Origin: Mobula hypostoma
Taxonomy: Eukaryota
Direction: 5' to 3'
Length of the DNA: 64,000 nucleotides
NCBI RefSeq assembly: GCF_963921235.1
Contig: NC_086097.1
Coordinates: 239,260,001 to 239,324,000 of the forward strand
Shown: positions 25,505-38,680 of the stretch, one piece after another
Layout of the letters: the number at the start of each line of letters is the position of its first letter
Numbering within the stretch: the stretch's first letter is position 1
Made by a program: the position numbers and the translations under genes
The notes under the pieces: generated by a model
What the model saw: the letters and a program-made list of their open reading frames with translations, nothing else
The model's database searches: none
Told to the model about the DNA's origin: nothing

Positions 25505-25799
25505 TAAAAGTAATCCAGCAAAAGTGACAATGCTATTATGTACTTTTTGCTCTCTTCAAGTGCCCTTTTGACTTTCTACATCTCTGACATTCAACCTCAA
25601 TAAAAGACACTTAAAATTTATGCCATTTCTATCAGGATCACTTGACTTCATCACGAAATCATTCCAAATAATGTTTCACCCTTCAGCTTGATAAAATATT
25701 GAGATGATATAGAATGTTACCATAACATTGGTAAAGCGATTGAACAGAACTGTACCTTTGTGTGAAATTTATTCAAGTACATGATTCCTTAAGGTTGTC

Positions 25800-26375
25800 C
25801 TAGCCACGGATGGGGTAATGGGGATAAACTCCCACTATCTATTAAATGTTCCCAGTGGTGTGTTTCCCAAATAGCCTCTGACAGCCAGGTCCAGCTCTTG
25901 GCCTTCATGTGTGAATTAGCCCAGTGGAACTGTTTCTACTGACAGGAGAAGGGACAAAGGCGGGTTACTGGTGCCTTAAAACCAGTCGTTTCTGGCCGAT
26001 GAGGCTTGTTAGCTCTGGTTGGCAGCTCATCTAGGAGAGGGAAAACTCTGATCTCAAACCTCCACTGCCTTGAGGTTATACTCATTCATGAGGAAGGCTT
26101 CAGTAATAAACCCCGAGGGAAAAGTCCTGAGCTGGATTCTCTACGGTGCTCATATGTTGAACTCAAAGTTGTCTGGCAACTGTTGCAAAGCTGTTGGTGC
26201 CAAACTGCATCAGTCTCTGAAATTCCTTTGGATTCATCAGCTGTGTGAAGAAGGGGAGCCGGCTGCATGGGCAACCACCTGCTCTCCATAGAGTGCTGAC
26301 ATGGCTTGTGTATCACATAGACAGCCAGGACAAAATATCAATGCTCCATGGTCGACCTCAACCAACCATCCAATG
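25800..26375 (+). mobile_element. RTE-derived non-autonomous element
   Basis: Contains the RTE 5'-UTR-like CTAGGAGAGGGAAAACTCTGA motif. A reverse-complement homologue lies at 49170-49670. Confidence 0.6.
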
Positions 26376-29300
26376 CTGGGGCGGTGGGGGGGGGGGGGGC
26401 GGGGGGTGTGGAGGCAGGAAAGGGAAAAAGGCTCATGCACGAACGTGCGTTATCAGAACCCTTTCGAAATGGAGAGGAGCTAAAAGGACACATGAGCATA
26501 GAGAATTAATACAAATGTGTATGTGAGACTAATTCAGAGCCTTCAATGAAGTGGGTGAGGTGGAAAAAGCAGGTTCACGTTATGTTACATTGTAATTTGT
26601 AGAGAGTATCAAAATTTAAAGGAGGTCACAAATATGGTATTGCTTTGCACTGTTGTAACTATATGTTATAATTATGTGGTTTTTTGTTAGTTTTTAAGTT
26701 GGATTATCATGTGTTTCTGTGATATCATTCTGGAAAAACATTGTATCATTTCTTAATGCATGCATTACTAAGTGACAATAAAAGAGGACTGCATGTCCTC
26801 ATAATCTAATCTAATCTAATACAGTGTGGATTAAGATTTACAGGGAAATTTACGGGGACCCCATCACGCAGAACAAGCCTGTTCTCATTGCTACCATCAG
26901 GAAAGAGTACAGGAGCCTGAAGGCACTACCAGTGATTCAAGAACAGCTTCTTTCCCTATGCCATCTGACTTCTGAATGGATATTGAATCCATGAACACTA
27001 CCTCACTACATTTTTAAATTTTATTTCTGCACGACTTATTAAACTTGATTTTGGTTCTGATTCTGATTCTGAAATTTATAAACGGGATCAAAGATGTGGA
27101 AAATTGTTGGGGTCAATGGGGTCTGAATATATAGGTTCTATTGTAGCATCCTTGTTAGTGGGAGTGTATAAATATCAAGTGAATCTTTGAAAAGTAACCA
27201 CCTATTCTAAACTGACCAGGCTCTTCATGAACTTGGGAAATTTTCTTTAATCATCAACATAATTCAGAATGGAAATCAGTATTATCACATCCCAGTTCAA
27301 TGAATTTTTCAGACAGAAAGATAATTAAGGAGCATTTTGCAATTATAACTCATTTTAATTGTTTTAATTATTGTAATCATCAAGTGAAAAGAGAGAATGG
27401 AATCAAAACTTCCAATCATGGATTGTTGCCAGTAAATCAAAATACTACAGTTTCATTTAGAATCAGAGTCATGGAAAAGTACAACACAGAAACAAACCAT
27501 TTGGCCCTTCTAGTCTGTGCTGAACCATTTAAACTGCTTACTCCCGTTGACCTACACCCAGACTATGGCCTACTGCACATCTAGCCAAACTTCACTTAAA
27601 CATTAAAATTGAACTTATATGCACCACTTGTGTTGGCAGCTCATTCCATAATCTCACCAACCTCTGAGTGAAGAAGTTTCCCCTCATGGTCCGCTTAACC
27701 ATTTCACTTTTCACCCTTAACCCAAGACCTCTACTTATTCCACCCAACCTCAGGGGAAAAAGCCTGCTTGTATTTACCCTATATATAGCCCTCGTAATTT
27801 TGTATGCCTCTATCAAATCTCCTTTCAATCTTCCATGCTTCAACACCTATCGTGTGCTAAGTTCACATACCCCTCAATTTCTCAATTTTCTCAATATTCT
27901 TATTTATTTTTATTGTGATACAGCACAGAATTCGCCCTTCCAGCCCTTGGAGCTATGCTGCCCATCAACCCTTGACTTAACCCCAGACTAATCACAGGAC
28001 AGCTTACCTACCAAAATGTTATGTCTTTGGACTGTGGTGGGAAACCGGATCACCTAGAGAAAACCCACACAGTCATAGGGAGAACGTACAAACTTCTTAC
28101 AGGCAGCGGAAGAAATTGACCCCAGTTCGTTGGTACTGTAAAGCATTCTGATAACCATTAAACTACAATGCTGCCCTATACAGTACATCTAATGTCTAGC
28201 CTCCACCACCTTAGGGGCAGAGAATTCCAGAGATCAACTACCCATGTGAGAAGGAATTTCCACATCCCTCTATTATAAACACCAGCCTCTTATTTTGTAA
28301 ATATGGCTCTTTGCCTGTGACTCTCTCACTACTGGCAACATGCCAACATTAACCTTATCAAGCTCCCTTGGCCTTACATATTTGAATAAGATCGTCCTTT
28401 TTTTTATAATCTCTGAAGAAAACAAATTTGAATAGTTTCACTTCTCTTGGTGAAGTTCAAAGTTCAAAATTCAAGGTAAATTTAGTATCAAAGTTTCTGC
28501 ATCCTACCCTGGGATTCATTTTCTTACGGGCATTCATGGTAGAACAAAGAATCATAATAGAATCAATGGAAAACTACGCACAAAACTGACAACCAATGTG
28601 CAAAAGAAGACAAGCTGTGCTAATACAAAAAATAGAAACAAATACTAGTAAATCAACATATACAGTACAGTGCAAGAGTCTTAGGTGCATATATATAGCT
28701 AGACCTTTGCACAGTATTGTAATAATTTTATATATTGCACTGTACTGTTGCCACAAAACAAAACAAATTTCATGACACGTGTGAGTGGTGACCTGATTCT
28801 GATATGGGTCTCTATTGTGGACTGAGAATGGAAAGAGAAAGGGAGAGGGGAAGAATACAATCTCAAACGTAGATTGTATTATTGTTTTCAAATAGCTTTG
28901 TCTTGTGTGCTAATATGTTACATTACAGAAAAATTAACTTCTATGAGTAGAATACATTATCAAAACACGTCCATGTGAAAGCAGGTATTACTGCTCGAGG
29001 ACGGCAAGGAAAGAGTTAGTGATGGCAAGGAGCGATAATACTATTGGGAAAGAATTTTTAGTAAGGGCTTTGACATGTAGGTGTGTACTTATTTGGGTAG
29101 GAGCATCTGTTCTCAGGATAACCATATAACTATATTACAACCATAGGATGTAATACGTTATCGATTAGTATCCGCCGGCTTACACAACTGAACATACAAC
29201 GAATGATGCTGGTGATGGACAAGGATAAAGATGCTGTATCCGCTTCTATTGCTGTATCAGCTGTAGGCATTCACCGTTGAGTAGCACTGGTGAATAATAC

Positions 29301-31059
29301 TGAGACTTGTAAGTATTCGCACACACACACGGCTAATTGACTATGTTCCTCCAAGTCCCATTTCACAGCAGTGGATTGGTTAGAAGACTGAAAGTCGACC
29401 GTAAATCATCTGTAAGATTGGTGGCAATTCAAAAATTTGAAGATGAAATCTTAGTTTGTCGGATTCCAGGTCCTTCCTGGCGAAAGGGCGAAAGCAAGCT
29501 GTCCGGTGTCTGCGAATATCTCAGTTGCAAAATGCGTCAAAAGCCCCTTGGCTCGGTGGCCACGAAGCTGCCACCGGTGTGCCAGTCTGTCATATATCTG
29601 CTTCCTTCTCTTTCCACACACATTCGCCAGGTGATCTGCTGGTCTCAGCGCAAACGCCAGCAGCTTGGGAAGCCACACTGAGTTGATCGGAGTGGAACAG
29701 CAGCTTCCAGCCGACAGGACAGTGAAGATAAAAATCGCCGCGCTGCTACAGAGCTGAAGAAGACAAGTCCCAGCCCTATTAGTCAAACTGTTGATGACTG
29801 CGTTAGCTTCATGCGCAGGGTGTTTGATCTCTGTCAAGACAGGCATGAGGTGGTTTCCCAGGTGACGGGTCGATCAGTAGACAGTGGGTATCGCTGGGTG
29901 AAGATTCTCCCGCCGCCCTGTCGCTCTGATCCGTACCAGTCTTGGAACCAGTTCTCCCCCTCTCCTGGGCGGAGTCGGGGGAATGGAGATCGCTTGCTCT
30001 AGATGGATTCCTCAGTCTGTCAATGTCAGTTAGCGTCCATGCACTGTGAAGGGAGATTAGATCCAGCTTTGCCTTTATCTCGGTATTCCTTTCCCTCGGT
30101 AGACAAATTCCTTGATATTGCGACCCAGCCGAAGACTGATGCAAAACACCTGGCGTTCCTTTTGGTAAAATTGTAATCCATTTTCTGTGGGCTCCTTGGG
30201 AAAATGAAACTAGATGGCCACCGTTCCGAAGGGGGCCAAGCCATGAATGCATGTAACAGGTGTTTCAAGATCACCGCCTCTGTAATAAACCTGCAACTCA
30301 TTCATGGTTGTTAGCAAAGCATTCTCACTCTCGACCTATGTGTACTGGTGTATTCCTCAAGACAAAAAGTGATACAGTTGTCTAAAACCCCCACTCACTC
30401 GTCGCTAAACGAGACTATGCGTGAAATCCGAAACAACGGCGCACGGTGAAGCTCCCGAAAGCAGCGACAACGGAAATCACCGCTGCCTTCACCGGCTGTG
30501 CGCATCACACTATAAGTGTGTCACAGATTCCGTTTCAATGTCCTAGTTCCAGCCTAGACTTATATTTTCTTTAGTTTATAACCTTCATTCAATCCCTTGC
30601 TTAATGATTCTACCTGAGGAATTATAGGTTCATTTTTCCACATAATAACGTACCTGGCTGCCTCTTGAATCTTTTACTAATATTCTCGTTCACTGTGTTT
30701 GCGATTGCATGGGGGTGCGAGTGATCTTGCACCCGAGTTTTTCTTATGAGCGGAGGCGCATGCAGAAGTTTTATGTTTATGGGTAAGTAGCGAGCATCTC
30801 GGCAGCTGTATGCTGCATGATAGACAGTCGGCACACTGTAAATTTCCATTTGGGCTCCTGAGTATGTGTGCGTATCGGTGAAGACTAGGAATTATAAATA
30901 TTTATTGAAATAGTCAACGGGCACGCCAGGTTCATCATTTGCCAGGGAATCAGTTGCTTTCTTTTAAAATTTTAATATTTTAAGAATAATTTATATTCAT
31001 TTTTAAAGAGGAATTATTATCTCTAGAGCGAGCAAGAAGATATACACGGGAAGATTATA

Positions 31060-31545
31060 AACTAAAAGAGTAGAACTTAATGTTGAGGGGTGGGGGAGTT
31101 TAAAGGTCAAGATATATTTTACGCAGAGAGTGGTAAGTGCCTGCAATGGGATACCAGGGGTAGCAGTGGAAGCGGAGAGTTTGATGGACTTTAACAAACA
31201 CGAGAAAATCTGCAGATGCTGGGAATCCAAAGCAACACACACACAATGCTGGAGGAACTCAGCAGGCGCCACGCAGCATCTACAGAAAAGTGCAAACATC
31301 AGTGCCCAAGGGTCTCAGCCCGAAAGGTTGACTGTTTACTCTTTTCCATAGATGCTGCCTGACCTGCTGAGCTCCTCCAGCATCTTGTTGATGGGTTTTA
31401 AGATCCTTTTAGATTGGCACGTGAACACGAAGAGAATGGAGGGACGTGGATGCTACGTAGAAGTATATTTAGTATAAATTAACATCGAGATCGGCAGAAC
31501 AATGTGGGCCGAGCGGCTTGACCTGTGCTGTACTGTTCTGTGAAA
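31060..31545 (+). mobile_element. CR1 3' end interrupted by a Penelope-derived palindrome (31195-31387)
   Basis: Imperfect 14-bp TSD TTGATGGACTTTAA (31181-31194) / TTGATGGGTTTTAA (31388-31401). Confidence 0.75.
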
Positions 31546-33133
31546 CGCGAGTAGCACGACCTCTTCAAACCATTCCTTCACCAGCGGACGCCTGGTTAAA
31601 ACCGAAATCATTACTGAGTTCCCTTTCCTATTTTAAGTTGTCTTCGGAGGAAACTTTAAGGGGAAGCTTGGTTACCTTCTATGGTTGGAACTGTAGGTGA
31701 TGATGTGGGGTGTGGAGTGGGTGGGAGCTGTGGATACTGGCGGCTTCTATCCTATGTAATTACGTGAACCAGTAATAGGGACCGGCTGAGTCACAATGGT
31801 GCCTCCAAGCGAACATCTTTTAGAAGCAATTGTTCTATAACTCAGCATCCCTTTGGCGACTTCAACCTTAGAGCCGGGTGTAGAAGAGATATATCTTCTG
31901 CACTACCGAGAGCGAAATAGAGTCTGTTAGACACCTAACTTGCTGCAGCTCCTGATTTTAACCAGGGGATAAATAGATACCCAACGTCGTTGACCCGTAC
32001 CTCAAAAACACACATGGCCACCTAGAAATGGTTTCGCACAATTATTTATCTTGTCACCTGTCAAGGCATCGTTGCAAGAGTGTTTTTTTAAAAAAAATAA
32101 TAAACAGGTATAAAAACCGGCGGACAGCTCTATCTACATTAAACATCCGCAAGAAATTATTCGCCAAAAGATTTACCCTTCCTTCCTCGTCTCCTCCACT
32201 ATCTTTCCCTATTGTAAACTCTGGATTTAAAAGTTCAGTTGCGTTCCAATAGCATGCGGAGATGCGTTGCCATAATTTGTTGCCATAATTTGATGCCACC
32301 CGCACCCCACCCTCCGCCCCGCAGACACTGGTCTCCCCAATCCCAAAGTATGCGTGGAACCCGGATTGACAGCGATGAAAGGCAAATTCGCTGCTTTATT
32401 CCCTGCGAGAGCCAGCTGCAAGCATCACAATAACCCGCTTTATACAGAAACAACTTGAATCCAGTTCAAGACGATGCCCCTTGTGCCAAGAGCGAGAGAG
32501 AAAGAGAAATCCCAAGCACAGTTAATTGAAACCGAGCCTTGAGCAGGACCTGGCTATCACAAACCAGAAAGGGGACCTGAGAATCTCAAAAGCCTCCCAG
32601 ATGAAAATATTTGAAAACCTAGATTCCCCGACTCCTGCAGCTAGACATGCAAAGAAAATACAGCGAAGCTTTGATCATTTCTGTCCCCTGATTCTTCCAC
32701 TTATTTTTCCCAGGAAAAAGCGGACTGAAGAAATATGATAATCTGAATGACCACCACTCATAATAAGAAACCAAAGTTTTTTTTTATTGCAGTTTCTGTT
32801 GCTGTCATAACCACGACAAAATCCAAGTTTAAATAAAGGGAACAGAGCCTACTGTAATGTTAGACAGATCTACGTTTCAATTTCTGGAACCCGCACATGT
32901 ATATTGAGCAATGAACTACAGCCCCCCCACCCACCCCCCCATTCACAGTCTCTGTTTAAGGACTAGACTTTTCAAGCCTCGATTCGGCGACTCCTCATCT
33001 TGTTCCATTAATTCATGTCACCTTACGCTTGTATCAATACCGCTCGACTGCCAGAAAGGAGATCTAAACACGTCTCATTAAAGAAGGCTGAAGCAATTTG
33101 TATGAATCGCGATGTGTAACTGAGCCCTCCCTT

Positions 33134-33135
<2 letters not shown>

Positions 33136-33167
<32 letters not shown>

Positions 33168-33178
33168 TATATATATAT
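33136..33178. repeat. (CT)n-(AT)n microsatellite
   Basis: Directly visible in the sequence. Confidence 0.9.
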
Positions 33179-33924
33179 TTTTGAATGTATCCTCCACCAT
33201 CACATTTATCCGCCGCTGTATCTTTTCGAACATGAAAGTGGAGCTTCGTGCAAAATTTGACCGAAAACAACCCCCTCTCCCATCAGTTCCCAAATTGGAT
33301 GTTACACGCGTCAGTAATTAAATGGTGTAAATGATGCATCACCACAGTAAACCGTCATTAAGCGTTTTAACCCAGGAAATCCCCCCCCCCAATTCCCCTC
33401 CCTCCCCTCAAATGCCTGCTAGCCGGGTTCTGATAACAGGCTGCACGAAATTCAAATAGTTAAGGGATATATGAGGCAACTCACGTATCCGACTGAGCAT
33501 TCTGCAAGAATATTTATTGAGCCTAAGCCCGATTACTGCATTGAACGCTAGCCCTGGAAATTGGAATGCATTCTGCCAGCTTCCTAACATCTCAAAAATC
33601 CCCACACACATCTCTCCACTTCCTCATTTTTCCTCTCATTCGGCGCAAGTGGATTCCTCGACCCCTTGTGTCTGAGGGATTTGGGGCTGAGGGTCGGGGG
33701 GTGGGGAGAGAATAAAAAGTGAAAGACCTACCTTCCACACATGTGATCGTCAATAAAAAGACAAGGTATGAAAATATAACTCCACTTTGCGTGTCCATTG
33801 CCTTCCCGAGAAAAGAGAGTCCGTGCCTGCAGCATTTAGTGCATCCAGTCCGAAAAATGGTTGTCAGCGAATCTTGAGTCGAAATCCCCTGTATTTTGCA
33901 GTTCGATTTCATACCGGTTGTAAT

Positions 33925-33926
<2 letters not shown>

Positions 33927-33980
<54 letters not shown>

Positions 33981-33999
33981 TGTGTGTGAATGTGCGCGC

Positions 34000-34031
<32 letters not shown>

Positions 34032-34058
34032 GCGCGTGTGTGTATGTGCGCGTGTGTA

Positions 34059-34135
<77 letters not shown>

Positions 34136-34173
34136 TGTAGTGTGGTGGTGGTGGTGGCGGTGGTGGTGGTGGT

Positions 34174-34208
<35 letters not shown>
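33927..34208. repeat. Compound microsatellite: (TG)n with CG, AG and (GGT)n blocks
   Basis: Directly visible; explains the HT/VC-repeat ORFs. Confidence 0.97.
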
Positions 34209-34209
<1 letters not shown>

Positions 34210-37200
34210 GCCGATCAGTTTTGCTTGTGGGTCCACGGAGCTCCAACACTACTGCGAGTGAATGTGTTCAGGAATACCACAGCAACCTTGGACTCAACCA
34301 TCTCAACCAACGGGGGCACAAACTCCAGGCTCCTTCCCACTTGCTTGGCAGTCTAAATCCTCAAGTGCACGAGCGAGAGAGAGAAAAAAAAGAGACAGGG
34401 GGAAAAAATCCCACTGGCGACAAGCCAACTCCAAGAGAATCCAAAAGGGCTGGGCGAGGGGCAAATGATGGGGTGTAATTAAACATTTAATCTCGAAGCG
34501 GCAACGTCAGAAGCAGAGAGATGTTTAAAATTCATACACTCTGCGGGTCGATTTTGCCCTCGCGCCGTGCCAACCGCTTCAAAGAAGACGCAGATACAGT
34601 TTAACCATTACGGGGAAATGAGATTGTACAGAATTAAAAGGGTGATAGTGAGGTGATACACTAATTCTGTCACTGTCGACAAACTGTCAGGGAGCAGACA
34701 GGGGGGAATGGTCCATGACATGATTTTGGAACGAGTTTTAACACCTTTGGTTTACATAGACCATCGTGAGGAAAGATTAGTTCATCGGCACTGTTATACC
34801 AAGTTTCTTGGGGATGAGGCAACAGATATCCGAGAGCGCAGCCTTGCAATAGTTAAGGTTTTTTTTTAATCATTAGGTGCTTTAATCCGTTTTTGCAGTT
34901 GGCAAAAACATCGTCGCGGTGTCCATCCTGTACAGCTCTCGCTGCTCGAAAAATTAAAAAAAACCTCAGATGAGCTGCGGCGCTTCACGAGAAAGTGGGA
35001 ATGGGTTAAAGGAGTTCAGCGGAAGAACACTTGTGCCACCTACAGGCTGCGAAGCGATGACCTGATAGCAAGCCTTGCATTGAGCTATCAGCCGGACTCG
35101 ATTCTCCGCTGTTCGAATACAGTATCCTTAAAGAACACCCATCCACCACCCTCCCCCGCCCCCAACACACGGAAAGTCGGAAAGTAGAGTTAGGGAATGG
35201 TGGGATTACTTTCCCATGCAACGTTTATCTGGATCTTCCACCTTTATGAGTTACTTTTGGGAAGAGGGCTTGTGTGGCAAGGTATCTTCAAATACTCCTG
35301 AGAAGAGATGATGTGAGTCAGGAGGGGTAGAGCAGACACGCTTCCCATTCGAGGTGCAGCGCCGTCGCGTGTGCTGACCTCTTGAAATATTCAATAGAAA
35401 TAGGTATAACCAATGTGATGCCATAGAAACTGTTGGACGTGATGGTGGAAGCAAAATAATTTTTTGTCGCCGATGCTTAATCCGGGAGAAATGGACCATT
35501 TGACTCACATCGCTGGATCTTTGAATTCCCCGATCAACGTAAACCTTGACCGCACTCTATCTAGTTTTACAAGTGTTTGCCCAGTCCCCAACTGAAGGTG
35601 CAGACGGTATTGTAGCAGAAAGGTGTTTCTGTCACCTCCCATTGCTCTGCCGTCAAAACGGCCTTTCTCTTCCACAAGTGGGCATTTTCAAACACATTGA
35701 TCACACTGACAGACTGAGGAGCAATCATCTCTTTTGGACTACGCCTAGCATTCTCTTGTTTAAACGGGCATTTAGATTCACAAGTTTATATCGCTACGGA
35801 CAGCTTTGGTCCACGTGCGAATAAGATAAGTGATTCTGCGCTTTGGGGAAAAACTGATTTCTTTAATCTTGTTAGCGTGCTGCATCAGTGAAAAGTATAC
35901 ATCGAACTAACTAACGATATTGGAGATCGCAAAAAAATTATATAATCACTGATATTTGTTCGCACATTCTTGCGATGTACACACTAAACACGCCCATCGC
36001 CAGGAGCTAGGCTTGCGACTTTTCTTTAACAACACCTTAACTCAACTATAGTGTCTCGCCTTCCGTTGGAAGCTGTCCAATTTTTATGACCCTCCCCTAT
36101 CTGTAACATATGCATACACACCTCTCTCTATCATAAATCCATTCGGGCCAGCTGAAATGGTTTATTTCACGCTGACGATCTTTTCTCAACCATCACATTA
36201 AGCTACTAATCTCTGCCCAAGCAGAAACCCGTATCTCTCTCCGCTGGTGAGTCTTTAGCCTGCACGCGCTTCTCTCTCTCTCTCTAGAAACGCGTATTAG
36301 CCTCAGCATTATTCCTTAACTTGCGCCAATAGGTGATCGCCACTTCCTGGTACAACATCGCCAGGAAATGCAGGACAAGAGTAACAAATAACCATTGCCG
36401 GAGACCTTACATTTCTCAGGAATAAAGTGACAGCTTGGATTTTTTTACCTGATGATTCTGTGCAAAGGCATGAGTTTTTATTGAACTATATTTATTTTTC
36501 TGCATGAACGCAATGAAAACCCCATACGTTAATGATTTTAAATTATTAAGATGACATCACATTACTTGTATATTGCAAATATATATTTTGTACGATGTAT
36601 TTTATAACAACTGTATATTTCAAAATCAAATGATAATCTAGTTTGAATTTTGCTAGCACTACAGTATTGTCAAGAACGTAGACATCTTTTTGTGTAACAT
36701 CGCCGTGGCGATCCATCGTACTGCAGTTCACTAATTGACCTGAGGCGTCACTGCTGAGCACAACGCAGCGCGCCGGGAAACGTGCATTTCACGCCGATAT
36801 GCTTATTAAAAAAGAACATCAATTGTCTTCTTCGGCATATCATTGCCAAAAGAATTCCACATACTCAATGTAATCTCAGAATGTCTTAAGGTTCTGGTTT
36901 AGTGATTATGAGAGGACAAACATTGGCACCATTAAAACTAGCCCACATCATTAACAAACCTGGTTTTATTTTTATCAGAGACGAGGTGTTCTTTAAAGTG
37001 TCCCAAAGGTTCAGTCTTCAATATCTTGCCTGCAGGTCCATTACATCCTTTGATCGCTCTTCTCGTGAGGATCTTTCTGCTTGAAAATTAATAAGGCTGG
37101 CTTTTGAATGTACATATTCTCCCCTTGTAGTTTATTTTGAAGGGTTTCTTTTAAAGAGTTAGCCTTCTCCTTTTAAAGCTAAAATTTAAAAAAAAAACTC

Positions 37201-37230
37201 GTTTCTCCAAACCCGGCTCAAAATTCAGCC

Positions 37231-37431
37231 ACGAGGAATTCTGCAGGTGCTGGAAATTCAAGCAACACACATCAAAGTTGCTGGTGAACGCAGCAGGCCA
37301 GGCAGCATCTCTAGGAAGAGGTACAGTCGACGTTTCGGGCCGAGACCCTTCGTCAGGACTAACTGAAGGACTAGCTCTTGCTAGAGATGCTGCCTGGCCT
37401 GCTGCGTTCACCAGCAACTTTGATGTGTGTT
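37231..37431. mobile_element. Young Penelope-derived palindromic element
   Basis: Perfect inverted arms AGCAACACACATCAAAGTTGCTGGTGAACGCAGCAGGCCAGGCAGCATCTCTAG. 15-bp TSD GCTCAAAATTCAGCC (37216-37230, 37432-37446). Confidence 0.88.
37324..37361 (-). ncRNA. Minimal type-I hammerhead ribozyme motif (Penelope type)
   Basis: RNA reads UAGUC-CUGACGA-A-GGGU(CUCG)GCCC-GAAAC-GUC^GACUG: stem I, stem II and a loopless palindromic stem III (ACGU). Confidence 0.75.
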
Positions 37432-38304
37432 GCTCAAAATTCAGCCTCTGCTCCAGCTCCTTCTTTGCCGCTCGGATTCTCACAATCCTCACTACTGCCC
37501 GCAATGCATATTCAGTATTGAATGCACAAAATATTACAGATACTGTAATCTGGAGCGAAAACTAACTGCTTGAAGTACTGATACAGGATTTGGACTCAAC
37601 GTCGACCTCCAGGGATGCTGCCTATCCCACAGAATTCCTTCGGCAGTTCGCCTCTTTTACGCTACACATTCAGTAGAACTCCAAATCCCCGCTCACTCTC
37701 AGTAAAACCCACACCTACGTCAGAAACCGCACAAAGTTTCTGTCAATATTTGTTTCTTGTATCAGTGGAAATGTCTATCCAATACCCGTTAAAAGTGTCA
37801 ATACTGTATACACACCAAGTGTTAGGAACACACTTTGGATAGATCATTAAATACTGTAAGAGGCCACCTAACAACTGCTTGAACGAGTTCTTAAATTAAT
37901 ATGTGCACTTTGCCTCGTTCTACATGCAAGTAGTATCATTTTGGATTTTACTTATTACCACGATGCTGCCCAGACCTGAGGACCTGTTTTATGAAGGTAG
38001 GTTGAGCGCGCTAGTGCTTTTCCTTTTGGAGATGACAGGTGAGAGATATACAAGACGACAAGAGGCATGCATAAAGTGGACTTTTATCGGGGGATACAAG
38101 GGGGCGTAACTGTGTATTGAAGGAAAGTGTAGGGGAATATCCGAGCTATGTGCTTTACAGAGAAAGTGGTGGATGCATGGAACTCTGCCAATGGTAGTGG
38201 TACAGGCAACTTCATTAAGGGCATTTAAGAAACTCTTAGATGGGTTTATGGATGATAGAAAAATGGAGGTTTATGCAGGAGGGAAGGGTTAGCTTGATCT
38301 TCGT

Positions 38305-38680
38305 CATCCTCACAATCTGTCGTGTCATGACGTAGGCGATCGTGGTCTCATGACCCTGTTTGATTTTGGCAAATATTTCTTCAGAAGTCGCTTGCCCTGG
38401 CCTTCTTCTGGGTAGCGTATTTACAAGACGGGTGACCCCAGCCTTTGTCCATACTCTTCAGAGGTTGTCTGCCTGGTGTCAGTGGTCGCATAACCAGGAC
38501 TTGCGATATGCACCAGCTGCTCATACGACCATCTACCTCCAGCTTCATGTGACCCTGATCGGGGGTTGGGGGCGGGGTTAAGCAGTTGCTGCACCTTGCC
38601 CAAGGGTGACCTGTCAGCCAGCGGAACAAATAATGCCTTACATCTCCTTCGGTAGAGACGTATCTACACCCTACCGCCCT
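38305..38680 (-). mobile_element. RTE-related non-autonomous SINE-like element
   Basis: Collinear with 44985-45925, whose minus strand carries the BovB/Sauria-SINE-like GAAGGCAATGGCAAACCAC motif. Confidence 0.6.

Larger units (their letters stand above)
28900..37200. promoter_or_regulatory. Unique, CpG-rich, TE-poor non-coding island (candidate enhancer/CNE cluster)
   Basis: Only one recognisable TE block (about 31060-31545) in about 8 kb. CpGs are retained, TAAT and TGACA motifs cluster, and there is no credible ORF. Confidence 0.5.

Noticed and set aside
29266..29295. GGCATTCACCG (complement of the miR-124 3' half) in a small hairpin
   Set aside because: Only 11 nt match, the seed is absent, and the stem is too short for a pre-miRNA.
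29337..30301. Overlapping 60-150 aa ORFs in the unique island, e.g. 29451..29846 with a hydrophobic stretch and GKRR
   Set aside because: No recognisable domain and no convincing splice structure. An unknown exon cannot be excluded without homology or RNA data.
33592..34478. Long ORFs on both strands (HTHT/VCVC)
   Set aside because: They are translations of the microsatellite.
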